A stretch of DNA of 64,000 bases, from the sequence record KM092515. One strand, written 5' to 3'. Shown here piece by piece: positions 1 through 8,542 of this stretch (position 1 is its first letter; each line of letters opens with the position of its first letter). Position numbers and translations under genes: made by a program. Origin of the DNA: Escherichia phage HY02. The notes under the pieces were generated by a model. It made no database searches and was not told where the DNA came from. It saw only the letters and a list, made by a program, of their open reading frames with translations.

Positions 1-25
1 AACAGTAAACTAAGAGGAAAGTATT

Positions 26-2392
26 ATGCGCATGGTAAATGACCACGCAGAAGTGATTAAGAGTTCAACTTCTTTAGAGACGTCTCAAGCACAGATTACA
101 ATGACACCTGAGATGTTCAGCCTTTTGAGTTCTGGTGTATATACCTTTAAAGAAAGGGCAGTGATTCGTGAACTGTCATGTAACGCAGTAGATGCTCAGA
201 AAGAAGCTGGAAAAGAGAACATCCCGTTCCATGTGCATTTACCTACTCGTTTTGAGCCTTACTTTGAAGTTCGTGATTTTGGAACTGGATTGACTCATGA
301 TAAAGTTATGAGTTTGTATCTAAACTACGGGGCTTCTACGAAGAATGACTCTAATGACTACATTGGTGCAATGGGTATCGGCTCAAAATCCCCATTTGCA
401 ATTGCTCAGTCATTCACAGTGTCTAGCTATGTTGACGGTGTTGTTAATAAGTACTCTGTTTATCTTGAGAATGGCATCCCTCAAGTAACTAAGCTGACAA
501 CTAACCCAACAAAAGAACCTAATGGTTTAGCTGTACGTGTGGCAGTTGCTGACCACCGTATCTCAAAGTTCTTTGAAGAAGCTGGGAATGTGTACTCATA
601 CTTCACTGTAAAACCAGAAAGTAATATTGAGTACGACGATGTATTAGCAGATATGAACGTCATTGCCCGTGAAGAAGGTGTTTATGATGCCATGATTCAT
701 AAGCAAAGCTGGCGTTCTAGTGGTAACAGGACAGAGTTTAATGTGGTGATGGGTAACATTGCCTACCCTGTTAATATGGAAGCATTACTTGGCGATGATT
801 TCTTCAAAGTATTGCCAGAATTTTTCCGTAGGAGCGTAGACCTTGTAAACATCTACATGCCTATTGGTTCAGTTGCTATTGCAGCTTCTCGTGAAGCATT
901 GCAGATGAATGACACGACAAAAAATGTTATCATTGAGGCTACTAAAAAGATAACTGAAGCCATTACAAAGGATGTTATCAAGAAAGTTAATAGCCAACCT
1001 ACACTCATGGATGCTGCACAGGCTTATGCTGAGTTACGTTTGAACTCACGAGAGATGTTTAATGCTGTGTGTCCAAAGCTAGAGTGGGGAGGCGTTAAGC
1101 TTGATTCTCTGGAAGAAGAATTGCTAAACATTCGTCGTGGGATTATCTACGCAGAAGACGGCTCAGTCATTTATGAACGTGACGGTAAAGGCAATATTAA
1201 GGTTGATAGGAACGGGAACAATATCCCTAAAGTAGATTATCTTTATAACCCAGTTGCTTATGTCAAGTTCAACTCTTTAGAGAGTAAGATTCGTGCAACA
1301 GCACTTTCCTACACTCAAGAGGCAAGTATGTTCAATATCTTTGGCGCAATGCGTAAAAGCCAAATTGAACAGTTTTTGTTCGTGATTAATGACCGTCGCA
1401 ATAAAAATGGTACTGAGAAGACTGTAGGCCGCAATCAGATTCTGCGTGGTGCATGTCGAGACTACGCCAGTGAGTCAAGTCTGTTTCACAGATATAATGG
1501 TATTGTGTTTGTATTCTCGACTGAAAAAGAGTTAGATGATTTAATCAATCTACACAAACTTGATAAAAGCTTGTTAAAGATTGTGAAGATGTCTGATAAG
1601 GAACATCACTATCAGCGTAAAGAAGCTGTAAGAGGTGTTGTAAAACTCTGGAAAGCTGTTCCAGCAGAAGGTGTAGCTTCCTATAAAGAGGTTTCAGAGG
1701 ACTTTGATACAATTGAAGAACCTCAGCTTTACATTAAGGCAGTTGGTGACACAGTTGATGGCGAATGTTTTTGCTCATCTCCAGAAGATGTGGCTAAGTC
1801 AGTTGCTAATGTTATAGGGAAGACAGTCTATGTTTTCCGAAAAGCAAATTGGAAAAAGATACCAGAAGACTGGATTGAAGTAGATGAGAAGCTCTTGAAC
1901 GACAGCTTAACTGATGTTCATTGGATTAATCATAACAGGTATATGACACGCATCTACATGAATGGTGTTCTTGACCTTACAAGTAGTTGGATTATTGCCA
2001 GAAACTTTACATTCAATAACAGGAAGATTTCTCGTGGCTATTGCTATTCACGAGATACTAGCAAAACTATCTTCCTAGAAGGTAATGAAGAGGCTGTAGA
2101 GGCTATGTTCGGTAAAATCCAGTATGTTGCTGCACCGTTTGCATACACTTACACTATTAGTAGATTGCAAACTTTGAAAGACTGCCTTGACAATGATACA
2201 AAGCTGTACAAGAAAATTAAGAAAGCTGGTGACCGCATGGTCATTAAGGTGACAAACTACCTTTCAAAAAGAAAACAAGAAAACTTCTTGCTTTCTCATT
2301 TAGATTGGAATAAAGTGTCACCCATCGAAGTGAGTAAGTTCTTAGGCTTTGATGTGAAGTGTGTTCCAGAAGGAACTACAGTTTACGATTAA
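26..2392 (+). CDS. rIIA: rIIA-like protein with N-terminal GHKL (Bergerat) ATPase motifs
   Basis: 788-aa ORF; N-box-like IRELSCNAVDA, G1-like DFGTG and G2-like GAMGIG near the N-terminus, as in the HATPase domain of phage rIIA; first gene of the + strand early block. Confidence 0.5.
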   Translation: MRMVNDHAEVIKSSTSLETSQAQITMTPEMFSLLSSGVYTFKERAVIRELSCNAVDAQKEAGKENIPFHVHLPTRFEPYFEVRDFGTGLTHDKVMSLYLNYGASTKNDSNDYIGAMGIGSKSPFAIAQSFTVSSYVDGVVNKYSVYLENGIPQVTKLTTNPTKEPNGLAVRVAVADHRISKFFEEAGNVYSYFTVKPESNIEYDDVLADMNVIAREEGVYDAMIHKQSWRSSGNRTEFNVVMGNIAYPVNMEALLGDDFFKVLPEFFRRSVDLVNIYMPIGSVAIAASREALQMNDTTKNVIIEATKKITEAITKDVIKKVNSQPTLMDAAQAYAELRLNSREMFNAVCPKLEWGGVKLDSLEEELLNIRRGIIYAEDGSVIYERDGKGNIKVDRNGNNIPKVDYLYNPVAYVKFNSLESKIRATALSYTQEASMFNIFGAMRKSQIEQFLFVINDRRNKNGTEKTVGRNQILRGACRDYASESSLFHRYNGIVFVFSTEKELDDLINLHKLDKSLLKIVKMSDKEHHYQRKEAVRGVVKLWKAVPAEGVASYKEVSEDFDTIEEPQLYIKAVGDTVDGECFCSSPEDVAKSVANVIGKTVYVFRKANWKKIPEDWIEVDEKLLNDSLTDVHWINHNRYMTRIYMNGVLDLTSSWIIARNFTFNNRKISRGYCYSRDTSKTIFLEGNEEAVEAMFGKIQYVAAPFAYTYTISRLQTLKDCLDNDTKLYKKIKKAGDRMVIKVTNYLSKRKQENFLLSHLDWNKVSPIEVSKFLGFDVKCVPEGTTVYD

Positions 2393-2471
2393 AGTGTTTG
2401 ACAAGGGGCTTCAAAGCCCCTTAGAATAGCCTTACAAAATGATTTATTAACTAACAAGAGAGAGTAATAAG

Positions 2472-3581
2472 ATGACTACTAAAACTAAAGCACAGATTGA
2501 CGCAGAAATTTACAAACTGGTTAAAGAAGGTAAGCTGACTAAAACAGCTATTGCACAGAAATTTAATACTTCAACCCGTTCAGTTGGTCGTGCTGTAGAG
2601 CGTCATGAAGCAACCTTAAAAGGGAATAAGAAGGCGACTTCTACACCAGCTACGAAAACTTTGAAGCAAGTTGCTAAGACCTTTAAGAAGAAAGCTGGCA
2701 AACCAGTTGAAAAGGCTGTTAAAGAGTCTGTACAGAAAGCTCCGGTGAATAAACTGCATGAAGCTATGCAGAAAGATGACAAGATTGAGTACATGATTAC
2801 TGGTGATTCTGTAATTATGACTTATGGTTCAGAATCTGAAATTGTTGAGTCTACTCATCCGAACTATCAAGAGATTGTAGTTCATGTTGTGAAAGGTGAG
2901 TTCAAGAAAGCATTTGAACTGATGAACATTCGTAAGTCTATCGAAAACTTCACTCAGGGTGCTATCACAATCAAAGGCGACAAGCTATTCTACGGTGCTG
3001 TTGAGATGCGTTCTACTCTGGTTGACCGTATTCTTCACATGATGAAAACTGGCGATAAAGGTTTTGAACGACTTGTAATGTTCTTCGAAAAACTGATGGA
3101 AAACCCATCTAAAGATTCTGTAGAACAACTTTGGGGATTTGTATCTCACCTTGATGTTGAAATTGATGAGGAAGGCTACATCATTGGTTGGAAGAAAGTC
3201 TCTACTTGTGAAGGTAAGCTGGTTGACTCCCACACCTACAAAGTTCCTAACGATTTGGGTAACATTGTAGAGATGCCACGTTGGATGGTTGATAATAACC
3301 GTAACGTGACTTGCTCTCAAGGTCTTCATGTTGGTGCTTGGGATTATGTTCGCAGCTTCTCAGGTGATACAATCCTGAAAGTTCGTGTCCACCCACGAGA
3401 TGTTGTATCTGTTCCAACTGATTACAACGATATGAAGATGCGTTCCTCTCGTTATGAAGTTGCAGCAATCGTTGATAATCAACGTAAAGTGCTGGAAGCA
3501 TGGGACGGTAAGACTGAAGCTTTGCATGTCATCGTTGGCACTGCTGGTGAACTTATCTCTCAACGTAAACGTGAAATCTAA
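2472..3581 (+). CDS. hypothetical protein (possible rIIB-like partner, by position only)
   Basis: 369-aa ORF directly downstream of the rIIA-like gene with RBS-like AAGAGAG upstream; no motif recognised. Confidence 0.3.
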   Translation: MTTKTKAQIDAEIYKLVKEGKLTKTAIAQKFNTSTRSVGRAVERHEATLKGNKKATSTPATKTLKQVAKTFKKKAGKPVEKAVKESVQKAPVNKLHEAMQKDDKIEYMITGDSVIMTYGSESEIVESTHPNYQEIVVHVVKGEFKKAFELMNIRKSIENFTQGAITIKGDKLFYGAVEMRSTLVDRILHMMKTGDKGFERLVMFFEKLMENPSKDSVEQLWGFVSHLDVEIDEEGYIIGWKKVSTCEGKLVDSHTYKVPNDLGNIVEMPRWMVDNNRNVTCSQGLHVGAWDYVRSFSGDTILKVRVHPRDVVSVPTDYNDMKMRSSRYEVAAIVDNQRKVLEAWDGKTEALHVIVGTAGELISQRKREI

Positions 3582-3597
3582 TAAGTAATTTCTTAAA

Positions 3598-3621
3598 AGG
3601 CTGCTTCGGCGGCCTTTTTTA
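3598..3621 (+). terminator. intrinsic terminator
   Basis: GC hairpin GGCTGC-TTCG-GCGGCC followed by TTTTTT. Confidence 0.6.
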
Positions 3622-3622
3622 T

Positions 3623-3650
3623 TTGTATTTTGTGCAGAGTGCTGTATAAT
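3623..3650 (+). promoter_or_regulatory. sigma70-like promoter
   Basis: TTGTAT, 16-bp spacer, TATAAT upstream of the SLT gene. Confidence 0.4.
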
Positions 3651-3681
3651 TGTTGTCACGATAAACTAAACAGGAGAACCA

Positions 3682-4230
3682 ATGAAGAAATTGATTCTAG
3701 GTTTGTGCTTAATGTTTACAGCACACTTATCTTATGCAGTTGACTGCCCAGAGCTATCAATTAGCCAAAAAGTGAACATGTTAAAAGCTTACCAGTATGG
3801 TGAGAATAACATGGGTAAAGGTTGGGGTATCACTCTAGCAGCTATAGCCTTACAAGAGTCAGAGTTAGGTCTGAAGGTAGAAAATAAAAAGACCCATGAC
3901 TACGGTATCTTCCAGAATCACTTGAAGACTGTTGTAAAGCGTAACAAAATTAGTCCTAATGTTGCTAAAAAGAAACTCTTAAAAGATTTTGACTATGCCG
4001 CAAAAGAAACACATAAAGAGCTTGAGTTTTGGACGAAGGTACATGGTCACCCAAAGTCAAAGAAGACTTTACAAAAAGTTTTAGCATCATATAATGCTGG
4101 GTATTCGTACAGAATCCCTAAAGCTAAGAAATACTCTCAAGATGTCTATAACAATATGAAAGTTATTGCTCAATGTGAATTTGCAACAAACATTTCTAAG
4201 GTAAACCATGAAAAAATTAAGAAAGTCTGA
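3682..4230 (+). CDS. secreted lytic transglycosylase (SLT domain)
   Basis: N-terminal signal peptide MKKLILGLCLMFTAHLSYA; SLT-like motifs QESELG (catalytic Glu-Ser), DYGIFQ and YNAGYSY. Confidence 0.55.
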   Translation: MKKLILGLCLMFTAHLSYAVDCPELSISQKVNMLKAYQYGENNMGKGWGITLAAIALQESELGLKVENKKTHDYGIFQNHLKTVVKRNKISPNVAKKKLLKDFDYAAKETHKELEFWTKVHGHPKSKKTLQKVLASYNAGYSYRIPKAKKYSQDVYNNMKVIAQCEFATNISKVNHEKIKKV

Positions 4231-4903
4231 TGAAGTCCTGTGTCATGCTTATGACTTACATCCTCATGAGTTAGGTCTTGATTCCTGTGTATGGACTCCA
4301 GAACAGTGCAGGGATTTTGAAGACACTGCAAGAGAAGTTGTATGTTCACTTGAAGAGTTCCACACATCAGAACCAATTGTGAACGTTGTGGACAAAGAGA
4401 CTGGACAAACTATAGGTGTAAGGCGTGATAGTTTAGTCATAGTCAATAAAGACCTTGTAGAAAAAGGTAACCTCATCTTAGCAGATATTGATGGCGTTCT
4501 TACAAATTTTAATCACGAAGATTGCTCAACGGAATTGACTGATGGGTCATTCTCACAGTACACTAATCTTCTTGACTCTGTAAGAGCAAAACCAACATAT
4601 GTTTTTAGTATTATTGATGCAATTGCTAATCATGCTGCCATTGGACTCTTGACAGCGAGAGGTGAATCTCAGAGAATACCTACTGAGATGTTTTTAAGGC
4701 ATAACATAGAGCATGATTACATGCTTTTTATGCGTGGTTTTGGAACTAACTCTATAAGTGCAGAAAGTTTAAAAGTGAGGATGATTCAGTCTTGCATTCT
4801 TCCTTATTTTAATATAGTATGCTTTATAGAAGATACAGAGAAGAATGTTCAGAAGGTAAACAGAATCCTTCCACACATTAAAACCATGTTAGTTAAACAT
4901 TGA
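4208..4903 (+). CDS. HAD-superfamily phosphatase-like protein
   Basis: motif I ADIDGVLTNF (DxDG[VT]L), motif II-like LLTARG and a downstream acidic ED; start uncertain because it overlaps the upstream gene. Confidence 0.4.
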   Translation: MKKLRKSDEVLCHAYDLHPHELGLDSCVWTPEQCRDFEDTAREVVCSLEEFHTSEPIVNVVDKETGQTIGVRRDSLVIVNKDLVEKGNLILADIDGVLTNFNHEDCSTELTDGSFSQYTNLLDSVRAKPTYVFSIIDAIANHAAIGLLTARGESQRIPTEMFLRHNIEHDYMLFMRGFGTNSISAESLKVRMIQSCILPYFNIVCFIEDTEKNVQKVNRILPHIKTMLVKH

Positions 4904-5379
4904 GAGAAGAACTTATGAACAATATCATTACGGTAGCACTGGACGATACGGCAAACAAATCTGAAGTAGTTCGTAAAATGATTCAAGGTAACTTTGAAGG
5001 TAAAATTTTCCGTGCTGTTAATGTAAAAGCTGATGGCAGCATTCGTGAATATCGTGCATTGTTGAATGTTAAGAAGCACGTAAAAGGTGCTGGTTCAACG
5101 ACTGCACACAAAGAAAACCTGATGACTATCTATGATATGGGTAAGGCTTCAGAGTTAGGTGCTGAGGGTATCGTTAAAGAAGGTGCTCCGTATCGCTCTT
5201 TCAATCTGGAAACTACTCTTATGCTTTCCTTTACAAGTGGCTCTAAAACAATCACTTATCTCTTTACTGATGCTGCAACGGTATCTGCTATTAAGGATAG
5301 CACTATCAAAGCTGGCGTAGTTGCTGCTGCAAAAGCCTCTTCGATGGCTGCGAATATCCTTGCTAAAGTCCTCGGTTAA
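4900..5379 (+). CDS. hypothetical protein
   Basis: 159-aa ORF ending just before an intrinsic terminator. Confidence 0.5.
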   Translation: MREELMNNIITVALDDTANKSEVVRKMIQGNFEGKIFRAVNVKADGSIREYRALLNVKKHVKGAGSTTAHKENLMTIYDMGKASELGAEGIVKEGAPYRSFNLETTLMLSFTSGSKTITYLFTDAATVSAIKDSTIKAGVVAAAKASSMAANILAKVLG

Positions 5380-5389
5380 GGTTAAGATA

Positions 5390-5414
5390 CAGGCTCCTTC
5401 GGGAGCCTTTTTCA
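5390..5414 (+). terminator. intrinsic terminator
   Basis: AGGCTCC-TTCG-GGAGCCT hairpin followed by TTTTTC. Confidence 0.7.
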
Positions 5415-5431
5415 TTTCAGGAGATTTCTAA

Positions 5432-5779
5432 ATGACATTTAAAGAGTTCTGTCAAGCCACTTTCATAATTGTTTTCTTAGTTGGGGCGGGTGTCTGGGGA
5501 GGATACTCTTACAGAGACTACCAAGTTGCTGAAGCTGAGTTAAGCAATGAGAAGCTAATAAGTGTTGCTAAAGATGCTTATCAGGAAGGATTAGTTACAC
5601 TGAGCACCAATTACAAAAATGATTTGAAAGATGTGCTTGCTAAGAATAAGCACACAAAAGAGGTACTAACATATGAAAAAACTAAGCCAGAGTTTTATAA
5701 TGTTTGTGTTACTGATAATTATGTCAGGGTGTTCAACGAACAAAGTGAGCAGTACATTCAAAAACTCCCAAGTAAGTGA
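5432..5779 (+). CDS. membrane protein, i-spanin-like (N-terminal TM helix, periplasmic helical domain)
   Basis: hydrophobic segment FIIVFLVGAGVWGGYSY then charged helical region; a lipoprotein ORF overlaps its 3' end in another frame. Confidence 0.4.
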   Translation: MTFKEFCQATFIIVFLVGAGVWGGYSYRDYQVAEAELSNEKLISVAKDAYQEGLVTLSTNYKNDLKDVLAKNKHTKEVLTYEKTKPEFYNVCVTDNYVRVFNEQSEQYIQKLPSK

Positions 5780-5942
5780 GAGTGATAAGTACACTCAAGA
5801 AGAATCACGGTATATCATCAAAGGCAACACAGGCAGTGATGTAGCAGCAGCACTTGAGTTCTACCGTGACGGCTTTTACCAGTGTACAATTAAAGCTAAT
5901 AACCTTATTGACATGATTTTATTAGGGAATAAGCAGCAATGA
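5673..5942 (+). CDS. putative lipoprotein, o-spanin-like
   Basis: signal peptide with lipobox IIMSGC; starts inside 5432..5779 in a different frame. Confidence 0.4.
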   Translation: MKKLSQSFIMFVLLIIMSGCSTNKVSSTFKNSQVSESDKYTQEESRYIIKGNTGSDVAAALEFYRDGFYQCTIKANNLIDMILLGNKQQ

Positions 5943-6208
5943 CAGAGAATCAAGACACTTTCTATGTAGAAGGTTACTTACTGTTACCACGACCAAAAGA
6001 AACTTATATGCGAATTGACTTCTTGCCAACCATTATGGATAATGTGATGTGTCATATCTTTATGCAAGGTGTCACAGCACAGCTTAAGCATGTTGGTAAA
6101 GAGTGCAAAATAAAGGTTGACACTCATCCAGAAATCAAAGAGAATCACTACACATGGTTCTTACCAGATTCTAAAGAAATCTTAGCAGTTCTTAAAACGA
6201 GGAAATGA
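5939..6208 (+). CDS. hypothetical protein
   Basis: 89-aa ORF, start overlaps upstream stop. Confidence 0.45.
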   Translation: MTENQDTFYVEGYLLLPRPKETYMRIDFLPTIMDNVMCHIFMQGVTAQLKHVGKECKIKVDTHPEIKENHYTWFLPDSKEILAVLKTRK

Positions 6209-6519
6209 TTATGCAATTCCAGCCAACAAATCGTGGATTTTCTTATGCAGAATTTAAAGATGCTAAAGGGGAAATTTGTACTTTACAAGAAAGTTCATCA
6301 TACGAACCATGTATCTGGTTAGGTGCTAAAGAGGTCTCTGTTCAGTACCTAGATAATGGCTGGAAAACACTTGATATACCAGCATTAGTTGGTAAAGATT
6401 TTGTAGGTAATCAAAGAATGAAGCTCAATCAAGAACAGGTAAAAGAGTTGTTGCCGTACCTCCAATACTTTGCTGAAAATGGTGAATTACCAACAGAGGA
6501 ACTTACAAATGCAGATTAA
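6205..6519 (+). CDS. hypothetical protein
   Basis: 104-aa ORF, start overlaps upstream stop. Confidence 0.45.
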   Translation: MIMQFQPTNRGFSYAEFKDAKGEICTLQESSSYEPCIWLGAKEVSVQYLDNGWKTLDIPALVGKDFVGNQRMKLNQEQVKELLPYLQYFAENGELPTEELTNAD

Positions 6520-6835
6520 TGGAAGAGACTTTGTAGCCGTTTACTACGAGAAAGGTAAAGAAGTTGGTGTAGCACAAGTATCTTATGGCAATGGTAAGTG
6601 GCTATATGGAACAATCGCAGTAGTAGGGACAAGAAGTGATACAAAAACTTTTAAAGATTGTGTTGACCTTCTTGAAGAATCCATCCAGAATCATTGGTGT
6701 CTGATATGGATGACTGATAACGAAGTGATGGAGCGTTTCAAAAAGATTGATATCAACATTGACAGTATCGAGCATGTTGATTTATATGAGCTAACTGAGA
6801 AGGTAAACTATGAAAGTAATACTAGCCAGAGATAA
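6509..6835 (+). CDS. hypothetical protein
   Basis: ORF track start is 6470; internal ATG at 6509 abuts the upstream stop and is the more likely start. Confidence 0.4.
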   Translation: MQINGRDFVAVYYEKGKEVGVAQVSYGNGKWLYGTIAVVGTRSDTKTFKDCVDLLEESIQNHWCLIWMTDNEVMERFKKIDINIDSIEHVDLYELTEKVNYESNTSQR

Positions 6836-7043
6836 AAAGACCCGTAAAATTGTAAGTTCAGCAGTATTCATAGGGAGAGATGAAGTCATCCCGTTTGCAG
6901 GAGAAGATGTGTTAACTTACAAGAAGGTGATGAAACGTGAGTTCAGTAACCGTTTCCGTGACTTCTTCTCTGAACCATTGGAAGACTTTAAAAGTCGTTG
7001 TGGTAAAGGCATCATCATTCAAGAGGCAATTATTCATGGCTGA
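6810..7043 (+). CDS. hypothetical protein
   Basis: 77-aa ORF in a chain of coupled small genes. Confidence 0.4.
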   Translation: MKVILARDKKTRKIVSSAVFIGRDEVIPFAGEDVLTYKKVMKREFSNRFRDFFSEPLEDFKSRCGKGIIIQEAIIHG

Positions 7044-7236
7044 CTTCTGCAAAGACTGTTCTATCGAAATGTTCGGACGTGATACAGGTGACTTAAAAGG
7101 TCTTATCACTGAAGATGACTTTAAAGCTGGCTATGCAATGCCAGTAATCTGTGAAGGTTGTGGGTGCATCTGGGTAGACCACGAAGGACAGCGTGTAAAA
7201 CCTTCAGAAGATAAAGAATCTTGGGAGAGATGTTAA
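7037..7236 (+). CDS. small Cys-rich protein (possible zinc-binding)
   Basis: MADFCKDCSIE...ICEGCGC; ORF track start 6937 overlaps the previous gene, ATG at 7037 preferred. Confidence 0.4.
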
Positions 7237-8022
7237 ATGGGTATTGTAAAAATCATCAATGGTGATATCTTTGCTGCATTTGATAAAGGTAAGTTTGACA
7301 TCATTGGTCATGGTTGTAACTGCATGAACCTAATGGGTGCAGGTATCGCTGACAAGATTTCTAAACTTTACCCAAAAGCATATGAGACCGATACAGAAGT
7401 TTATCTCTATGCAGGTGGTATAGGCCACAAACCCTGTGAGAATTTACTAGGTAATTTCTCTGTAGCACGTTTAAAACAAGGTCGTATAGCTAACCTTTAC
7501 ACTCAGCTTAAGACTGGTAAAGATGCCCGATACAGTGCTTTAGAGTCATCTTTGAAACAGCTTAACAGATACTGTGAAGTTAACCAGTTGAAGAAGGTTG
7601 GTCTACCTATGATTGGTGCAGGTATCGGTGGACTTGACCCTCAAGCTGTCACAGTTATCATCAATCAGGTGATGAAGAGTGTAGATGTTTATCTGTATGT
7701 CTATGAAGGCGAGATGTACCACAAGTTACGCTCAGGTTGGAAGAACTACTGTGAACCAGAATACTTTGCAGGTGTAGCAGTGTTCACGGATAACGCAGTT
7801 ACCCTCTTCAGACGAAGAAAAGGTAAGATACATCAAAGTAACCCTCCGGTTGAAAAGATGTCTCTAGGTAATGCTCTAGTTACCCACCTGTCGAAGAGCA
7901 ATCACAGAATGGCTGTGACATTTGGTAGTGATGCAGAAGCTTATATCTATGCAAGAACTGATGAGGATATCGAGGCAATCTTCTCTTCACCAGAAGTTAC
8001 CTTCTTAGACGCAAAGAACTAA
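7237..8022 (+). CDS. macro-domain (ADP-ribose binding/processing) protein
   Basis: N-terminal GDIF...DIIGHGCNCMNLMGAGIADKI and GLPMIGAGIGG loops resemble macro-domain glycine-rich motifs; C-terminal about 110 aa of unknown fold. Confidence 0.55.
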   Translation: MGIVKIINGDIFAAFDKGKFDIIGHGCNCMNLMGAGIADKISKLYPKAYETDTEVYLYAGGIGHKPCENLLGNFSVARLKQGRIANLYTQLKTGKDARYSALESSLKQLNRYCEVNQLKKVGLPMIGAGIGGLDPQAVTVIINQVMKSVDVYLYVYEGEMYHKLRSGWKNYCEPEYFAGVAVFTDNAVTLFRRRKGKIHQSNPPVEKMSLGNALVTHLSKSNHRMAVTFGSDAEAYIYARTDEDIEAIFSSPEVTFLDAKN

Positions 8023-8087
8023 GAAACTCTGTAGAATATTCACAATAGACTAAGCCTTTCTTATCTGGTAAATTTTTCAGGTAAGGG

Positions 8088-8277
8088 GGGCTTTTTCATT
8101 TCAGGATTGTGCAGGTATATTTCTATAGAGAAATCTGTAGAGAAAATTTTGAACTCCAAAGAGAAAATTCATTTTCAAACTGTGCAGGTAATCTCCAAAG
8201 GGCTTTTTCATTTTCAAAACGTGCAGACCCCGCTCAGGTCGGGCAAGAAAAATCATTTTAGAATCGTGCAGGTAGGT
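8088..8277. repeat. four direct copies of a roughly 22-bp motif TCATTTTCAAANNGTGCAGGTA
   Basis: GTGCAGGTA/GTGCAGACC at 8109, 8182, 8221 and 8266, each preceded by TTTTCATTTT. Confidence 0.6.
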
Positions 8278-8298
8278 TTTTATAGAGAGCCAGACCAA

Positions 8299-8329
8299 CC
8301 CCTCTCCCCCTCTTACTCCCCCTCTCCCC
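8299..8329 (-). repeat. C-rich tract; G-quadruplex-prone on the minus strand
   Basis: CCCCTCTCCCCCTCTTACTCCCCCTCTCCCC gives four G-runs of 4 or more on the complementary strand. Confidence 0.5.
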
Positions 8330-8451
8330 AAAAGTCAAGAGAAAAATTTGTAGCGGATTGAAAAATAATTCTTGATTTGTGTTCTGTTTTGTGGTAGTCG
8401 TGTGCGCCCGTTTCATTACAGTTTCGCCAAAGATATTTTTAAAATTTTTCT

Positions 8452-8480
8452 TGACTCTTTGAACGGGGTTATCTAGTATT
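8452..8480 (+). promoter_or_regulatory. sigma70-like promoter for the small-gene array
   Basis: TTGACT, 17-bp spacer, TAGTAT, immediately before the conserved leader. Confidence 0.4.
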
Positions 8481-8485
8481 TGCAT

Positions 8486-8542
8486 CAACGGGGAGGGAAT
8501 GACCTTCCCCACTAAATAAAGTCCTAAACTGGAGATTCAAAA
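8486..8542 (+). promoter_or_regulatory. conserved 5' leader (type A): stem-loop GGGGAGG-N8-CCTTCCCC, ACTAAATAAAGTCCTAAACTGGAGATTCAAAA, then ATG
   Basis: near-identical copies before ORFs at 8543, 10328, 11198, 12419, 12981, 13578 and 13907. Confidence 0.6.

Noticed and set aside
481-663. Short antisense or out-of-frame ORFs nested inside long genes (for example 481..663, 2603..2794, 2985..3329, 3247..3659, 24017..24283, 31675..32091, 36451..37341, 42909..43632, 53051..53505, 55372..55788, 61309..61566, 63173..63595)
   Set aside because: Each lies fully within a longer ORF that has recognisable motifs or operon context, has no RBS, and is typical background for an AT-rich genome.
8101-8512. 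ORFs 8101..8331 (-), 8107..8361 (+) and 8258..8512 (-)
   Set aside because: They overlap one another across a region of direct repeats, a low-complexity C-rich tract and promoter elements; translation gives low-complexity peptides, so the region is treated as regulatory.
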